A stretch of DNA of 64,000 bases, taken from the NCBI GenBank assembly GCA_045863335.1, contig BTVY01000031.1, positions 30,207 to 94,206 on the forward strand, read 5' to 3'. A model generated the notes under the pieces. It had not been told where the DNA came from. It made no database searches and was given only the letters and a program-made list of their open reading frames with translations. The number at the start of each line of letters is the position of its first letter. Position 1 is the stretch's first letter. Below, piece after piece: positions 1 through 9,298 of the stretch. The position numbers and the translations under genes are program-made. This DNA comes from Candidatus Hydrogenedentota bacterium. GTDB taxonomy: Bacteria; Hydrogenedentota; Hydrogenedentia; Hydrogenedentales; SLHB01.

Positions 1-2
1 CC

Positions 3-740
3 GAAGACACCCGCCATACGCGCCGTCTCCTGGCGCACTTCGAGATTGACACGCCGCTGACCAGCTACCACGATCACAACGAACAAACGAAGACCGATTC
101 CCTCGTGGCCGAGATTCGCGCGGGGAAAGATGTCGCCCTCGTAACCGATGCGGGCACGCCTCTTGTCTCCGATCCCGGTTTTCGGCTGGTCCGTGCCGTG
201 CAGGACGCCAACCTCCCGGTCCTGGCCGTGCCCGGTCCATCCGCGGTACTCGCCGCCTTGTCTGTGAGCGGCCTTCCCACCGACCGGTTCACCTTTCAGG
301 GGTTCTTCCCGCGCAAGTCGCGCGCGGCGGAATCGGTCATGGCGGAAGGTGCCCGGTCCTCCGGTACTCACGTTTTCTTCGAAGCAGCCAACCGGCTGAC
401 CGAAACGCTGTCGGTTATGGCGCGACATGCCCCTCAGGGAACGGAGGCCTGTGTGGCCCGCGAACTGACCAAGGTGCATGAGGAATCCCGGCGCGGGACC
501 CTCGATGAATTGGCCATCCACTACGCGGACAATCCGCCCCGTGGCGAGTGCGTGATCCTTCTCCATTTTCCTTCCGGCGCGTCCTCCAAACCGGCACGGT
601 CCGCCGAAGAAATCCGGGAGATGGTCGAGTCCCTGATGCAGTCCGAGAACCTGTCGCGCCGGGACGCCGTACGCTTGCTGTCGAGCGAACTCGGATTGCC
701 CCGCAACGCCGTCTACGCAGCGGCCCGGGAGTCCAAATGA
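3..740 (+). CDS. rsmI: 16S rRNA (cytidine1402-2'-O)-methyltransferase RsmI, 5'-truncated by the window edge
   Basis: The frame from nt 3 reads EDTRHT...SYHDHNE...VALVTDAGTPLVSDPG...VPGPSA...VARELTKVHEE...PRGE, all RsmI/YraL motifs. Confidence 0.95.
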   Translation, partial: EDTRHTRRLLAHFEIDTPLTSYHDHNEQTKTDSLVAEIRAGKDVALVTDAGTPLVSDPGFRLVRAVQDANLPVLAVPGPSAVLAALSVSGLPTDRFTFQGFFPRKSRAAESVMAEGARSSGTHVFFEAANRLTETLSVMARHAPQGTEACVARELTKVHEESRRGTLDELAIHYADNPPRGECVILLHFPSGASSKPARSAEEIREMVESLMQSENLSRRDAVRLLSSELGLPRNAVYAAARESK

Positions 741-1975
741 ACGAGGCCGCCCGCGTCGCGATCCCGGTCATCATCGAACGCATGGGGCTGGCGATCCGCT
801 ACTTCCTTTACATACTGCTGCTCTCGCTCGTCGGTTTGGGCTATGCGAAAGGCAATGCAGCCGATATCGCAATAATCTCGATAATCCTCCTGGTCCACCA
901 CGGCTTTATTCACACGGTGTTGTGGAAGAAGCGCTACGACCTCTTGTTCACGCGGGCCAACTTCCTTATTAGTTTCTTCGAAGTGTCCGCCATCGTTGTC
1001 TTGACAGGCGCGGACACGACAGCCGGATACTTGCTGTACTTCGCCCTTATCATCGCGTTTAGCGCGTACGATCGAAGGTACTGGCGCGTCTTGTTTGTGT
1101 CCAGCCTATGCGCTGCGAGCTACACCTTGGCCGTGCTGTGGGAAGCATGGCGCGCCGGCCTCGCCGAAGAGCCCGGAATCCTGATCGTCAAGATCGTTTA
1201 TATATTCGTCATTGGATGGCTGGTCGCCGTGCTTTCGGAGCGGCTGCGCGTGGCTGAGGAGGTGTCCTCCCGGCAGACCGCCCAGTTGGCGTCCTCAGAA
1301 GCCACGCTCCGGACCATTCTGAATTCCGCCGGCGATCCGATCATTGTGTTCGACGAGAACGAGTTCATTACAGAGACGAACCAGCGGGCTGCGGAATTCC
1401 TCATGGTCCCGCACGAACAACTCGTTGGAAGGCGCGTTCGGGCATTTCTGTTCGATGATGGGACCCTCGCGAACAAGTTCGCCCATTTGCGCGTGCGCGG
1501 CGAGGGGCAAAGCGAAGAGGTTTTTGTGAATGCGGAAGGGGAAGAGCGTTCCGCCGAGATGGTCGTGCGGTCGTACAACCGGGACAATACGCGTTACTTT
1601 GTCGCAATAGTTCGTGATGTAACCAACCGAAAAGAGCTGCAAGAGGCCACGCGTCTCGCCAACATCCAGTTGGAGCGCCTCAACAGCGAGCTGCGCCAGG
1701 TCGAGCGATTGAAAACGAACTTCCTCGCTTCCATCTCGCGCAACATGCGCTCCCCCTTGTCCGCCGTGGCGGGTTATGTGGAAATGATGCTTGACGAGGA
1801 ACTCGGCGAAGTCAACGCGGAACAGCGCAAGGCGCTCCAAACCTGCCGCCGCGGCTTGCTCCGGGTCTTTCGCCTAATCGAAGAAGCGCTGGACCTGCAC
1901 CGCCTCGAAACAAAGCGCTCGCAGATCGCCGCCGCGCAAGAAGGCGCGCGCAAGCGCGACCACACAAACCAGTAG
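737..1975 (+). CDS. Membrane PAS-domain sensor with a HisKA-like dimerisation domain; no phospho-His and no ATPase domain
   Basis: ATG overlaps the rsmI stop (ATGA at 737-740). About 6 hydrophobic helices, then a PAS (ILNSAGDPIIVFD...N...IVRDVT), a coiled coil, and FLASISRNMRSPL...LIEEALDL. The ORF ends about 20 aa later. Confidence 0.8.
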   Translation: MNEAARVAIPVIIERMGLAIRYFLYILLLSLVGLGYAKGNAADIAIISIILLVHHGFIHTVLWKKRYDLLFTRANFLISFFEVSAIVVLTGADTTAGYLLYFALIIAFSAYDRRYWRVLFVSSLCAASYTLAVLWEAWRAGLAEEPGILIVKIVYIFVIGWLVAVLSERLRVAEEVSSRQTAQLASSEATLRTILNSAGDPIIVFDENEFITETNQRAAEFLMVPHEQLVGRRVRAFLFDDGTLANKFAHLRVRGEGQSEEVFVNAEGEERSAEMVVRSYNRDNTRYFVAIVRDVTNRKELQEATRLANIQLERLNSELRQVERLKTNFLASISRNMRSPLSAVAGYVEMMLDEELGEVNAEQRKALQTCRRGLLRVFRLIEEALDLHRLETKRSQIAAAQEGARKRDHTNQ

Positions 1976-1985
1976 CCGCTTGAAT

Positions 1986-4433
1986 TCAATAGGACCCGTA
2001 GGGATCCAGGTCCACCTTAAGCCGGGTCTTCGTACTTGCCTCTGCGTTGAAGGTGTCGCGCACGCTGCGGCACAAGACATTGATCCGTTTCGCGCTCTTC
2101 GACAGCAGGCCCAGGTTCCAGCGGTACTTCTTTTTCACGCGCCGCACCGTCGCAGGTGATGGCCCGAGTATCTCGATTCCCTGGTATCCCAGATCTTCGA
2201 TGGCGGTCCGGACCATTCGGAGGAGGACGCCCGCCATTCGCCCTGCCTCCTCGGGGTCCTCGCATTCGACCATGAGGTTCGCCATGCGCCGAAACGGCGG
2301 ATACAACGCCGTCTCGCGCTCCCGGATCTCGCGCGCGTAGAAACCGGCGTAATCGTGCTGCGCCGCAGTTGCCATCGCATAGTGGTAAGGCCGATAGGTC
2401 TGAATCAACACCTGCCCCGGCCGTTCGCCTCGGCCCGCCCGGCCCGCCACTTGCGTCAGCAATTGAAACGTCGACTCGGCCGCGCGAAAATCCGGCAGAC
2501 TCAATCCCGTATCCGCATTGATCACTCCCACCAGCGTCACACCCGGGTAGTCGTGACCTTTCGCGATCATCTGCGTGCCGATGAGGATGTCAATTTCGCC
2601 TTCGGCTAATCGCCCAAGAATCTTCGCGTGCCCGCCCTTGCCGGAGGTCGTGTCCGCGTCCATGCGTTCCACCCGCGCGTTCGGAAACGCGCGCATCAGG
2701 TAGTCCTCAACCCGCTGCGTGCCCGTCCCTAGGAAGAGCAGGGGATTGAAGTGGCACTCGTCGCAGACCAACGGAACCTGGCGGCGGCCGTTGCAGTAGT
2801 GACAGCTCAGGAACGCCCCCTTTGTGTGATACGTCAGCGTGACCTGGCAGTCGGGGCATCCCGCCACCCAGCCGCACTGAGGACACAATACGAACGGCGC
2901 AAACCCCCGCCGGTTCAGGAGCAGCAGCACCTGCTCGCCGGCGTCCACGCGAGATAGCACGGCTTCCTCGAGGCGCCTAGACAGGATCGCATTCGGACCG
3001 GTTTCCCGTGTTTCGACCCGCATATCGATAAGATCGACCTCGGGCAATTTCGCCCGAGTCGCCCGTTCGCTCAGTACGAGACGCGCCGATTTCCCGCGAT
3101 CGGCGTTGTATGCCGATTCAATCGACGGTGTCGCCGACCCCAGAACGCAGACGGCATTGTTGCGTTGCGCGCGCACGATGGCTACGTCCCGCGCATGGTA
3201 CCGCGGCGATTCGGACTGCTTATACGACGAGTCGTGCTCTTCGTCGACGACGATAATTCCCACATTCGGGAGCGGCGCGAAGATCGCCGAGCGCGCACCC
3301 ACCACAATCCGCACTTCTCCGCGATGCGCCCTGCGCCATTCGTCGAACCGTTCACCCGCGCCCAGCCCGCTATGAAGGACCGCGATGTCCGTCGAGAACC
3401 GGGCCTTGAATCGCCCGACGGTTTGCGGCGTGAGTGAGATCTCCGGAACCAGGATGATGGCGTCCCGTCCCTGAGCCAACACGTACTCGATGGCCTGAAG
3501 ATAGACTTCTGTCTTGCCACTGCCGGTGATTCCCTGCAACAGAAACGTTTGAAACTGCCTCTCGCGTACGGCCGCCGCAATCGCGTCGTACGCGGCTTGC
3601 TGCTCGCGGTTGAGTTCGTGCTTCGAGCCGCCGTGCCCGTTGTATTCGGGCGTCCGGTAGTACTCCCGCTCCACGCGCGCGACCAATCCCCGTGCTTCCA
3701 ATTGCCGGATGATCGCCGCGTTGCCCCCGTGTTTCTCGTAAAGATGCGTCGCCAGCCGCTCCGGTTCACCGTTCAGCAGATCGAGATAGATTGCCGCCTG
3801 CTTGGGCGCCTTGCGCTGAAGGCGGGCAAGTTCCTCCTCGGCAGGAATGGCCTCTTCAATCAATTGCACATACGTTTCGGTCTGAGCGGAAACCCCACCC
3901 GAGACGGCCATGGCCTCGGCTCGCAACAGCCCGCGATTCACGAGCGCCCGCAACGTGTTGCTCAGCGCGGTCGCGCCGACGGACTTCGCCAACTGCTTTT
4001 CCGTAAGCGGCCCGCGCCGGTGCAGTTCAGCGATAACGGCCCGCTGCCGATCCGTATAGCGTCCCGCCGCAATCTGATCGTGCTGCAACACGTACCGGAC
4101 CTTCGTGCGAACCGCGATCCCGGCGGGCACCGCGCTCTGCAGCGCCTCCCCCCAGGAGCAACAGTAGTACTCCGCCATCCATTGGCACAGATCGAGCAGT
4201 TCCTGGGAGTAGATGGGGCCTTCATCCGGAAAATCGATGAGATCGCGCACGCCTTCCTGCTCGGAATCCGCCTGCAGACCCACAATGGTTCCGGTTTCAA
4301 TCCGCTTCTGAAAGGGGGCAATAGCCCGCATGCCCACACAGGCCCGGTGACGAAGGGAAGGCGGAATCCGGTAGGTGAAGGGCCGGTCAAGGGGGATCGG
4401 AAGGATAACGTCGGCGAACGCGTACTCGCTCAT
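1986..4433 (-). CDS. priA: Primosomal protein N' (replication restart helicase)
   Basis: GITGSGKTEVY Walker A, LVPEISLTPQ, VVDEEH, GSATPS, Cys-rich Zn region, GTQMIAKGHD and QVAGRAGR. Confidence 0.97.
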   Translation of the reverse strand: MSEYAFADVILPIPLDRPFTYRIPPSLRHRACVGMRAIAPFQKRIETGTIVGLQADSEQEGVRDLIDFPDEGPIYSQELLDLCQWMAEYYCCSWGEALQSAVPAGIAVRTKVRYVLQHDQIAAGRYTDRQRAVIAELHRRGPLTEKQLAKSVGATALSNTLRALVNRGLLRAEAMAVSGGVSAQTETYVQLIEEAIPAEEELARLQRKAPKQAAIYLDLLNGEPERLATHLYEKHGGNAAIIRQLEARGLVARVEREYYRTPEYNGHGGSKHELNREQQAAYDAIAAAVRERQFQTFLLQGITGSGKTEVYLQAIEYVLAQGRDAIILVPEISLTPQTVGRFKARFSTDIAVLHSGLGAGERFDEWRRAHRGEVRIVVGARSAIFAPLPNVGIIVVDEEHDSSYKQSESPRYHARDVAIVRAQRNNAVCVLGSATPSIESAYNADRGKSARLVLSERATRAKLPEVDLIDMRVETRETGPNAILSRRLEEAVLSRVDAGEQVLLLLNRRGFAPFVLCPQCGWVAGCPDCQVTLTYHTKGAFLSCHYCNGRRQVPLVCDECHFNPLLFLGTGTQRVEDYLMRAFPNARVERMDADTTSGKGGHAKILGRLAEGEIDILIGTQMIAKGHDYPGVTLVGVINADTGLSLPDFRAAESTFQLLTQVAGRAGRGERPGQVLIQTYRPYHYAMATAAQHDYAGFYAREIRERETALYPPFRRMANLMVECEDPEEAGRMAGVLLRMVRTAIEDLGYQGIEILGPSPATVRRVKKKYRWNLGLLSKSAKRINVLCRSVRDTFNAEASTKTRLKVDLDPYGSY

Positions 4434-4479
4434 CTACTTGCCTCTGCACCGTATGGCGACGGGTGACCGGCGCCTTACG

Positions 4480-5094
4480 CTAAGACGCGCTCGATACCGC
4501 TTTCTTGCCTGCGCTGCCCCAACGGCTCGCATCCACGAACCGCTGCCAGACCACCAACTGCTCCTCGGGGACCCGCGCACCGAAATGGGGCATCCAGGCC
4601 GGCTTCACCGGCCGCTTCAGCAGCGGCATGCCTGCCTCGTCCGGCGTGCGGTTGCCCTTGCGCACGTTGCACTGGAGGCACGCGATCACCAGGTTCTCCC
4701 ACGTTTCACCGCCGCCTCGCGACTGCGGCAACACGTGGTCTAAAGTAAGTTGAGACTTCGGGAAATGCTTGCCGCAGTACTGGCAAACCCCCGCGTCCCG
4801 TTCGAAGATGCTGTGGCGCGAGAACCGCACCTCGTGCCGGATGAATCCGTTGAACAACGTCAACAGCACCACCTCCGGAACCCGAATGCGCGTCGTCGGC
4901 GTATGGATGTACCGCCCGCCCAATCCATTCTGCGATAGGACCATCCAGTCCTCAAAGTCGTGAAGCGAATAGTCGTGCGGGTGCACTGCCCGGGCCGCGC
5001 CGAGATAGAGCAGGGAGAGTGCGCGCCGGACGGGGGCAATATGAACCGCCGTCCAACTCTTGTTCAGGACGAGTACACTCCCTTCCAACATCAC
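4480..5094 (-). CDS. HNH endonuclease family protein
   Basis: N-terminal VLVLN; RD..CQYCG...[33 protein letters not shown]. Confidence 0.92.
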   Translation of the reverse strand: MMLEGSVLVLNKSWTAVHIAPVRRALSLLYLGAARAVHPHDYSLHDFEDWMVLSQNGLGGRYIHTPTTRIRVPEVVLLTLFNGFIRHEVRFSRHSIFERDAGVCQYCGKHFPKSQLTLDHVLPQSRGGGETWENLVIACLQCNVRKGNRTPDEAGMPLLKRPVKPAWMPHFGARVPEEQLVVWQRFVDASRWGSAGKKAVSSAS

Positions 5095-5280
5095 GCAAAC
5101 TCCAAGTCAAAATACAACTACTACACGGTGCCCTCATGCATATGTCGAAACCCTTCCGCTGCCCCATACCCGCCAAAACGATGGGGCGACAGCAGTATAG
5201 AAGCCTTCGAACGGTCAGTCAAACGGCGGTTGCCGGGTGTTGTTTCGATACCCGTTCGCGCGCGTATAATGCACGCGCCA

Positions 5281-5868
5281 ATGAATGATCTAGACTACCA
5301 AGATGTTGTGACTTCGTTCGCCGAGCGGTACCACGTGCTGGCTGGTCTCGCTCACGTGGTTCACAACCCTGCGGAGGCCGGAGCAAAGGCGGCAGATATC
5401 CTCCGTGAGGCGGGCGTCACGCTCGCAGCGATGGCCGGACTTCCGGGGGACTTGGTAGACCCCGTTGTGCGCGGGCTGGCGGACGCCGGCATCGACTGCG
5501 ATTCCGGACCGTTTCCATCAGTCGAACTTCCCGGGCGAATCGACCGCGCGTCCGCTGGAATTACCGGCGCTGATTTCGCCATCGCCCAAAGCGGTACCCT
5601 TGTCGAGATCGCCACGAACGACGCTGTCAGGCTGGTATCCAGTCTGCCGCGAACGCACATCGGCATCGTGCGCGCCCGTGACATCGTCCCCCGCTTCGAA
5701 GACGCCGCCCCGCGTCTTCGGGAGATCTTCAATGCCCACGGCGGCGGTTGCACCGTCTCCTTCATCTCCGGACCCAGCCGTACTGGCGATATTGAACTGA
5801 AGCTCACCCTCGGCGTTCACGGACCCGAGATCGCGCACGCGATTGTCATCGCGGATGGGGAGCAGTAG
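5281..5868 (+). CDS. lutC: LUD-domain lactate utilization protein C (LutC/YkgG-like)
   Basis: GITGADFAIAQSGTL, RLVSSLPRTHI and ISGPSRTGDIELKLTLGVHGP. ATG 5281 lies 10 nt after TATAAT (5265-5270). Confidence 0.88.
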   Translation: MNDLDYQDVVTSFAERYHVLAGLAHVVHNPAEAGAKAADILREAGVTLAAMAGLPGDLVDPVVRGLADAGIDCDSGPFPSVELPGRIDRASAGITGADFAIAQSGTLVEIATNDAVRLVSSLPRTHIGIVRARDIVPRFEDAAPRLREIFNAHGGGCTVSFISGPSRTGDIELKLTLGVHGPEIAHAIVIADGEQ

Positions 5869-5872
5869 GCGC

Positions 5873-7999
5873 GTGGCCAGCCAACGCAACAAAGCCCTGT
5901 ACACCAAGATCGCGGATGCCCTCGAAAACCCCGACCGGAGCCGTGCCCTGAACCGGTGCATGCAACGCGGCCGCGACAACCGCTCCCGCGCAGTTTCTGC
6001 GCTTCCCGATGGGCTTGAGTTTCGCAATCGGGTCAAAGCCATCAAAGATCGCTGCACCGAACAGCAGGAATCGCTGCTGGAGAAGTTCGTCGCAAAAGCC
6101 CGCGAACGCGGCGCAAAGGTCTTTCTGGCCAGGGATGGCGCTGCTGCCATTGACTACGTGCTCGAACTGGCGCGCGCGCGAAACGCCAGGTCCGTGGCGA
6201 AGTCCAAGTCGCTCACCACCGAGGAGATCGACATCAACGACCCGCTGCTCGACGCCGGGCTAAGAGTGGTGGAAACCGACTTGGGCGAACTTATCCTGCA
6301 ACTGGCCCACGAGCGTCCCTACCACCTCGTGTTTCCATCCGTCCACAAAATGGCCGCCGACGTCGCTGATATCTTCGCGAAGGAAACCGGACAAACCATC
6401 CCGCCCGACATCCCGTCCATCATGAAAGTCGTACGCGCCTACCTGCGGCCGATCTTTTTAAACGCGGACATCGGAATGACCGGCGCCAATATCGGTGTCG
6501 CCGAATCGGGCGCCATCGTCATCGAAACGAACGAAGGCAACGGCCGCCTTGTGTCCAGCATCGGGGATTGCCACGTCTGCGTCATGGGTGTTGAGAAGAT
6601 TGTCGATACCTTTGAAGATGCCCTGGAACTCGTCCTGGCCCATCCGGTCAGCGCCTCCGGCCAATTGCCGACGACCTACGTGACCTGGATGGGCGGCCGC
6701 TCGCCTCTCGGAGAGGGTGAAGGCAAAGCGCCGCGCGAGTCCCATATCATCATCCTGGACAACGGCCGCGCCGCGATGCGGGACGACCCCGGCATGCGAG
6801 AAGCCTTGAACTGCATCCGCTGCGGCGCCTGCATGAACATTTGCCCCACGTACAGCGTCGTTGGCGGCCACACCTTCGGCTACATCTATCCCGGACCCAT
6901 CGGCATCCCCTGGACCGCAGGCGTCCACGGACTGGAGAAGGCGGGAGATTTTGCGGCGTTGTGCATCTCCTGCGGACTGTGCAAGGAGATTTGCCCCGCC
7001 AAGATCGACATGCCCATGATGATCGCGGAGGTCAAACACCGCGACGCCCGCGTCCACGGATATTCCCGCTCGGAACAAACCATGATGGCGGCAGACGATT
7101 TTGCACGCCTCAGTAGCGCGCTTGCTCCTCTCGCAAATCGGACCCTCAAGAACTCGCTCGCCCGGAAGGCGATGGCCAGTATCCTTGGCGTTGATGAACG
7201 AAGGAATCTCCCACCCTTTGCCAAGGAGTCGTTCACCCGCTGGTTCTCGCGGAGAACTCCCCGCAATGAGGGCGCTGCCCATCGCGTTGCTTTCTTCGTT
7301 GACGTGTTTGCCAACTACAACCGGCCCGATCTCGGGATGGCGGTCGTAGAACGGCTCGAGGCTTTGGGCTGTGAAGTCGTGCTCCCCGAACAGAAGTCGA
7401 GCGGCTATCCCTACGTCGCCTACGGCGACCTCGATCGGGCCCGGGAAGTCGCCGCGTACAACGTGGCCCGCTTCGCGCCCTATGCGGAACAGGGCTGCGA
7501 CATTATCGCCATCGAACCCACCGCCGCCTACTGCCTCCGCGAGACGTATCCCAAGCTGTTGAACCACAGCCGAAAATCCGTGCTCGTCTCGGACCGTTCG
7601 TACGAGCTGTTCGCCTATCTGAGTTTACGCGAGGGCGATTCGGCCGCTCTCGACGCCCGCGTGCGAGGCAAGCGCTTCGGCTTTCACGTGTCCTGTCACC
7701 AGCGGCCCCTCGGTTCCGGATGCGAAGCGCAGGAATGGCTTCGCCGTCGCGGAGCGGATGTAACCCTCGTCGAAACGGGAACCTGTTGCGGCATGGGAGG
7801 AACGTTTGGGCTGAAGGCCGGCCCCCTTGGGTACGACTTGTCCAAGGCAGCGGGTGAATCGCTTTGCGCCTTGTTTCTAGAGGCAGGCGTGGACGCGATT
7901 GTTACCGAAAGCAGCGTCTGCGCAATTCAACTGCGGGAAGGCACCGGGCTTCCTGTATGCCACCCGCTCGAACTCCTTGCCGGTCCAGCACTGGATTAA
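5873..7999 (+). CDS. lutB: LutB-like Fe-S protein (LUD + two 4Fe-4S motifs) fused to CCG (LutA/GlpC-like) domains
   Basis: KSKSLTTEEI, VETDLGE, ETNEGNGRL, CIRCGACMNICP, CISCGLCKEICP, and C-terminal HVSCH...CCGMGGTFG. Start is uncertain (GTG 5873 after GGGGAG, or ATG 5855). Confidence 0.85.
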   Translation: MASQRNKALYTKIADALENPDRSRALNRCMQRGRDNRSRAVSALPDGLEFRNRVKAIKDRCTEQQESLLEKFVAKARERGAKVFLARDGAAAIDYVLELARARNARSVAKSKSLTTEEIDINDPLLDAGLRVVETDLGELILQLAHERPYHLVFPSVHKMAADVADIFAKETGQTIPPDIPSIMKVVRAYLRPIFLNADIGMTGANIGVAESGAIVIETNEGNGRLVSSIGDCHVCVMGVEKIVDTFEDALELVLAHPVSASGQLPTTYVTWMGGRSPLGEGEGKAPRESHIIILDNGRAAMRDDPGMREALNCIRCGACMNICPTYSVVGGHTFGYIYPGPIGIPWTAGVHGLEKAGDFAALCISCGLCKEICPAKIDMPMMIAEVKHRDARVHGYSRSEQTMMAADDFARLSSALAPLANRTLKNSLARKAMASILGVDERRNLPPFAKESFTRWFSRRTPRNEGAAHRVAFFVDVFANYNRPDLGMAVVERLEALGCEVVLPEQKSSGYPYVAYGDLDRAREVAAYNVARFAPYAEQGCDIIAIEPTAAYCLRETYPKLLNHSRKSVLVSDRSYELFAYLSLREGDSAALDARVRGKRFGFHVSCHQRPLGSGCEAQEWLRRRGADVTLVETGTCCGMGGTFGLKAGPLGYDLSKAAGESLCALFLEAGVDAIVTESSVCAIQLREGTGLPVCHPLELLAGPALD

Positions 8000-8012
8000 G
8001 GACCTCCGCGGC

Positions 8013-8047
8013 AAAAAAAAGAAAGCGGGCATGCTGGGCACACCCGC
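8013..8047 (-). terminator. Rho-independent terminator of the small-peptide gene
   Basis: Minus strand GCGGGTGTGC-CCA-GCATGCCCGC (10-bp stem including G-U pairs) followed by TTTCTTTTTTTT. Confidence 0.85.
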
Positions 8048-8075
8048 CGGAATCGCGTATCAAAGTTTCTTGTAC

Positions 8076-8171
8076 TTAGTTGGGCTGAACAAACAGCAGA
8101 TCGGGCAAACCAAGACCCGCACCGACGAACGCCCAGAAGAACCACCACACCAACCACAGCAAAAAGAACAT
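8076..8171 (-). CDS. 31-aa hydrophobic Trp/Phe-rich small protein MFFLLWLVWWFFWAFVGAGLGLPDLLFVQPN (not in the ORF track)
   Basis: SD AAGGAGGT (8180-8187) 8 nt before the ATG, its own promoter upstream and a terminator downstream. Confidence 0.75.
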   Translation of the reverse strand: MFFLLWLVWWFFWAFVGAGLGLPDLLFVQPN

Positions 8172-8233
8172 AGCGGAAGACCTCCTTTCTCGTTATCCAT
8201 TTCCACACCCCCGACGGACCAGAGGTTAGCCGG

Positions 8234-8262
8234 AGTCTAGCATAGCGGTTTGGGGTTGTCAA
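8234..8262 (-). promoter_or_regulatory. Near-consensus sigma70 promoter with extended -10
   Basis: TTGACA (8262-8257), 17-nt spacer ending in TGC, TAGACT (8239-8234). Confidence 0.75.
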
Positions 8263-8356
8263 GGAAGCGAAATCTTCGAACGCTGAATTTTGCGGAACAT
8301 GCAGTGCATCGGTCCCGGATACCCCTTATATATAGTGGGGCGTCCTGTCGCAGCGT

Positions 8357-8935
8357 CTAACTGACCTCGATCCCGACCCGGGCAAGGACGCGCCGAAGAT
8401 CGTCCGGCGTGAAAGGCTTGCCAAGTGTGACGGCTGCGCCGTATTCCAACGCGCGCGCCGCAAGATCCCGATCCTCAGGGGCGGCAATCGCAACAATGCG
8501 CACATTCGGAAGGTCCGGCAACTCCTTAATCCGCCGGCACACATCCAGTCCGTCCACGCCTGGCAGCCGGAGATCCAGGAATACCACGTCGGGAAGGAAC
8601 GCCGATACCTGGCGGCCAGCGTCAAACCCATCCAATGCGCCTTCAATCTGGAAGTTGCCCCGCGAACGCTCCAGGAAACGGCGCACGACGGCCACTACGG
8701 AAGGTTCACTGTCGATGACCAGGACGCGCAACCCGGCCGAGTTCAAGTCCCCGTGAATGGGGATGTTGTTCTCCCGCAGGAACTGAATCAGATCCTCACG
8801 GCGAATGCGGCGATGACCGCCCGGCGTTTTGAACACGTGAATGCGGCCGGCTTCGGCCCATTTGCGGATCGTGTCTGCCGTAACATGGCAGTACTTCGCC
8901 ACTTCGGACGTGCTGTAGGATTGTTTCATTTCCAT
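8357..8935 (-). CDS. Excisionase/MerR-like HTH fused to a response-regulator receiver domain
   Basis: YSTSEVAKYCHVTADTIRKW..GRI..FKTPGGHRRIRREDL, then REC motifs VLVID, VFLDLRLPGVDG and KPF. Confidence 0.88.
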   Translation of the reverse strand: MEMKQSYSTSEVAKYCHVTADTIRKWAEAGRIHVFKTPGGHRRIRREDLIQFLRENNIPIHGDLNSAGLRVLVIDSEPSVVAVVRRFLERSRGNFQIEGALDGFDAGRQVSAFLPDVVFLDLRLPGVDGLDVCRRIKELPDLPNVRIVAIAAPEDRDLAARALEYGAAVTLGKPFTPDDLRRVLARVGIEVS

Positions 8936-9079
8936 CGGGTCGGAGACTTCGTCCTGTGAACAGCGCGGTTTCCGGGCTCACCCCTTCACCGCACGCGGTT
9001 ACTCAACAAAACCCTTACGGAAGGCAGGCCCACAAAAACCCCCTCAAACGATTCCTTCCGCAAGGACCATTAAATCAGA

Positions 9080-9155
9080 TGGAGCTGGATCGGGGAGTCG
9101 AACCCCGGACCTCATCATTACGAGTGATGCGCTCTACCAACTGAGCTAATCCAGC
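9080..9155 (-). tRNA. tRNA-Thr(CGT)
   Basis: GCTGGATTAGCTCAGTTGGTAGAGC...CATCA-CT CGT AA-TGATG...GGTTCGACTCC...CAGCTCCA; 76 nt, CCA encoded. Confidence 0.96.
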
Positions 9156-9163
9156 AAGAAAAA

Positions 9164-9239
<76 letters not shown>

Positions 9240-9298
9240 ACGTGTCGCAAAAGCATACGAAATGAAGTCCCACGAAGTCAAGTTGGCACAGGCTGCCA

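Noticed and set aside
548-736. N-terminal extension of the 475-aa ORF in the track
   Set aside because: It overlaps rsmI in another frame; the ATG at 737 coupled to the rsmI stop is the more plausible start.
8076-8171. Trp/Phe attenuator leader peptide
   Set aside because: No co-oriented biosynthetic gene follows the terminator; the next gene (lutB) is convergent.
7996-8262. 88-aa minus-strand ORF from the track
   Set aside because: Its TTG start is the -35 box and it runs through the terminator; the nested 31-aa frame has the properly spaced SD.
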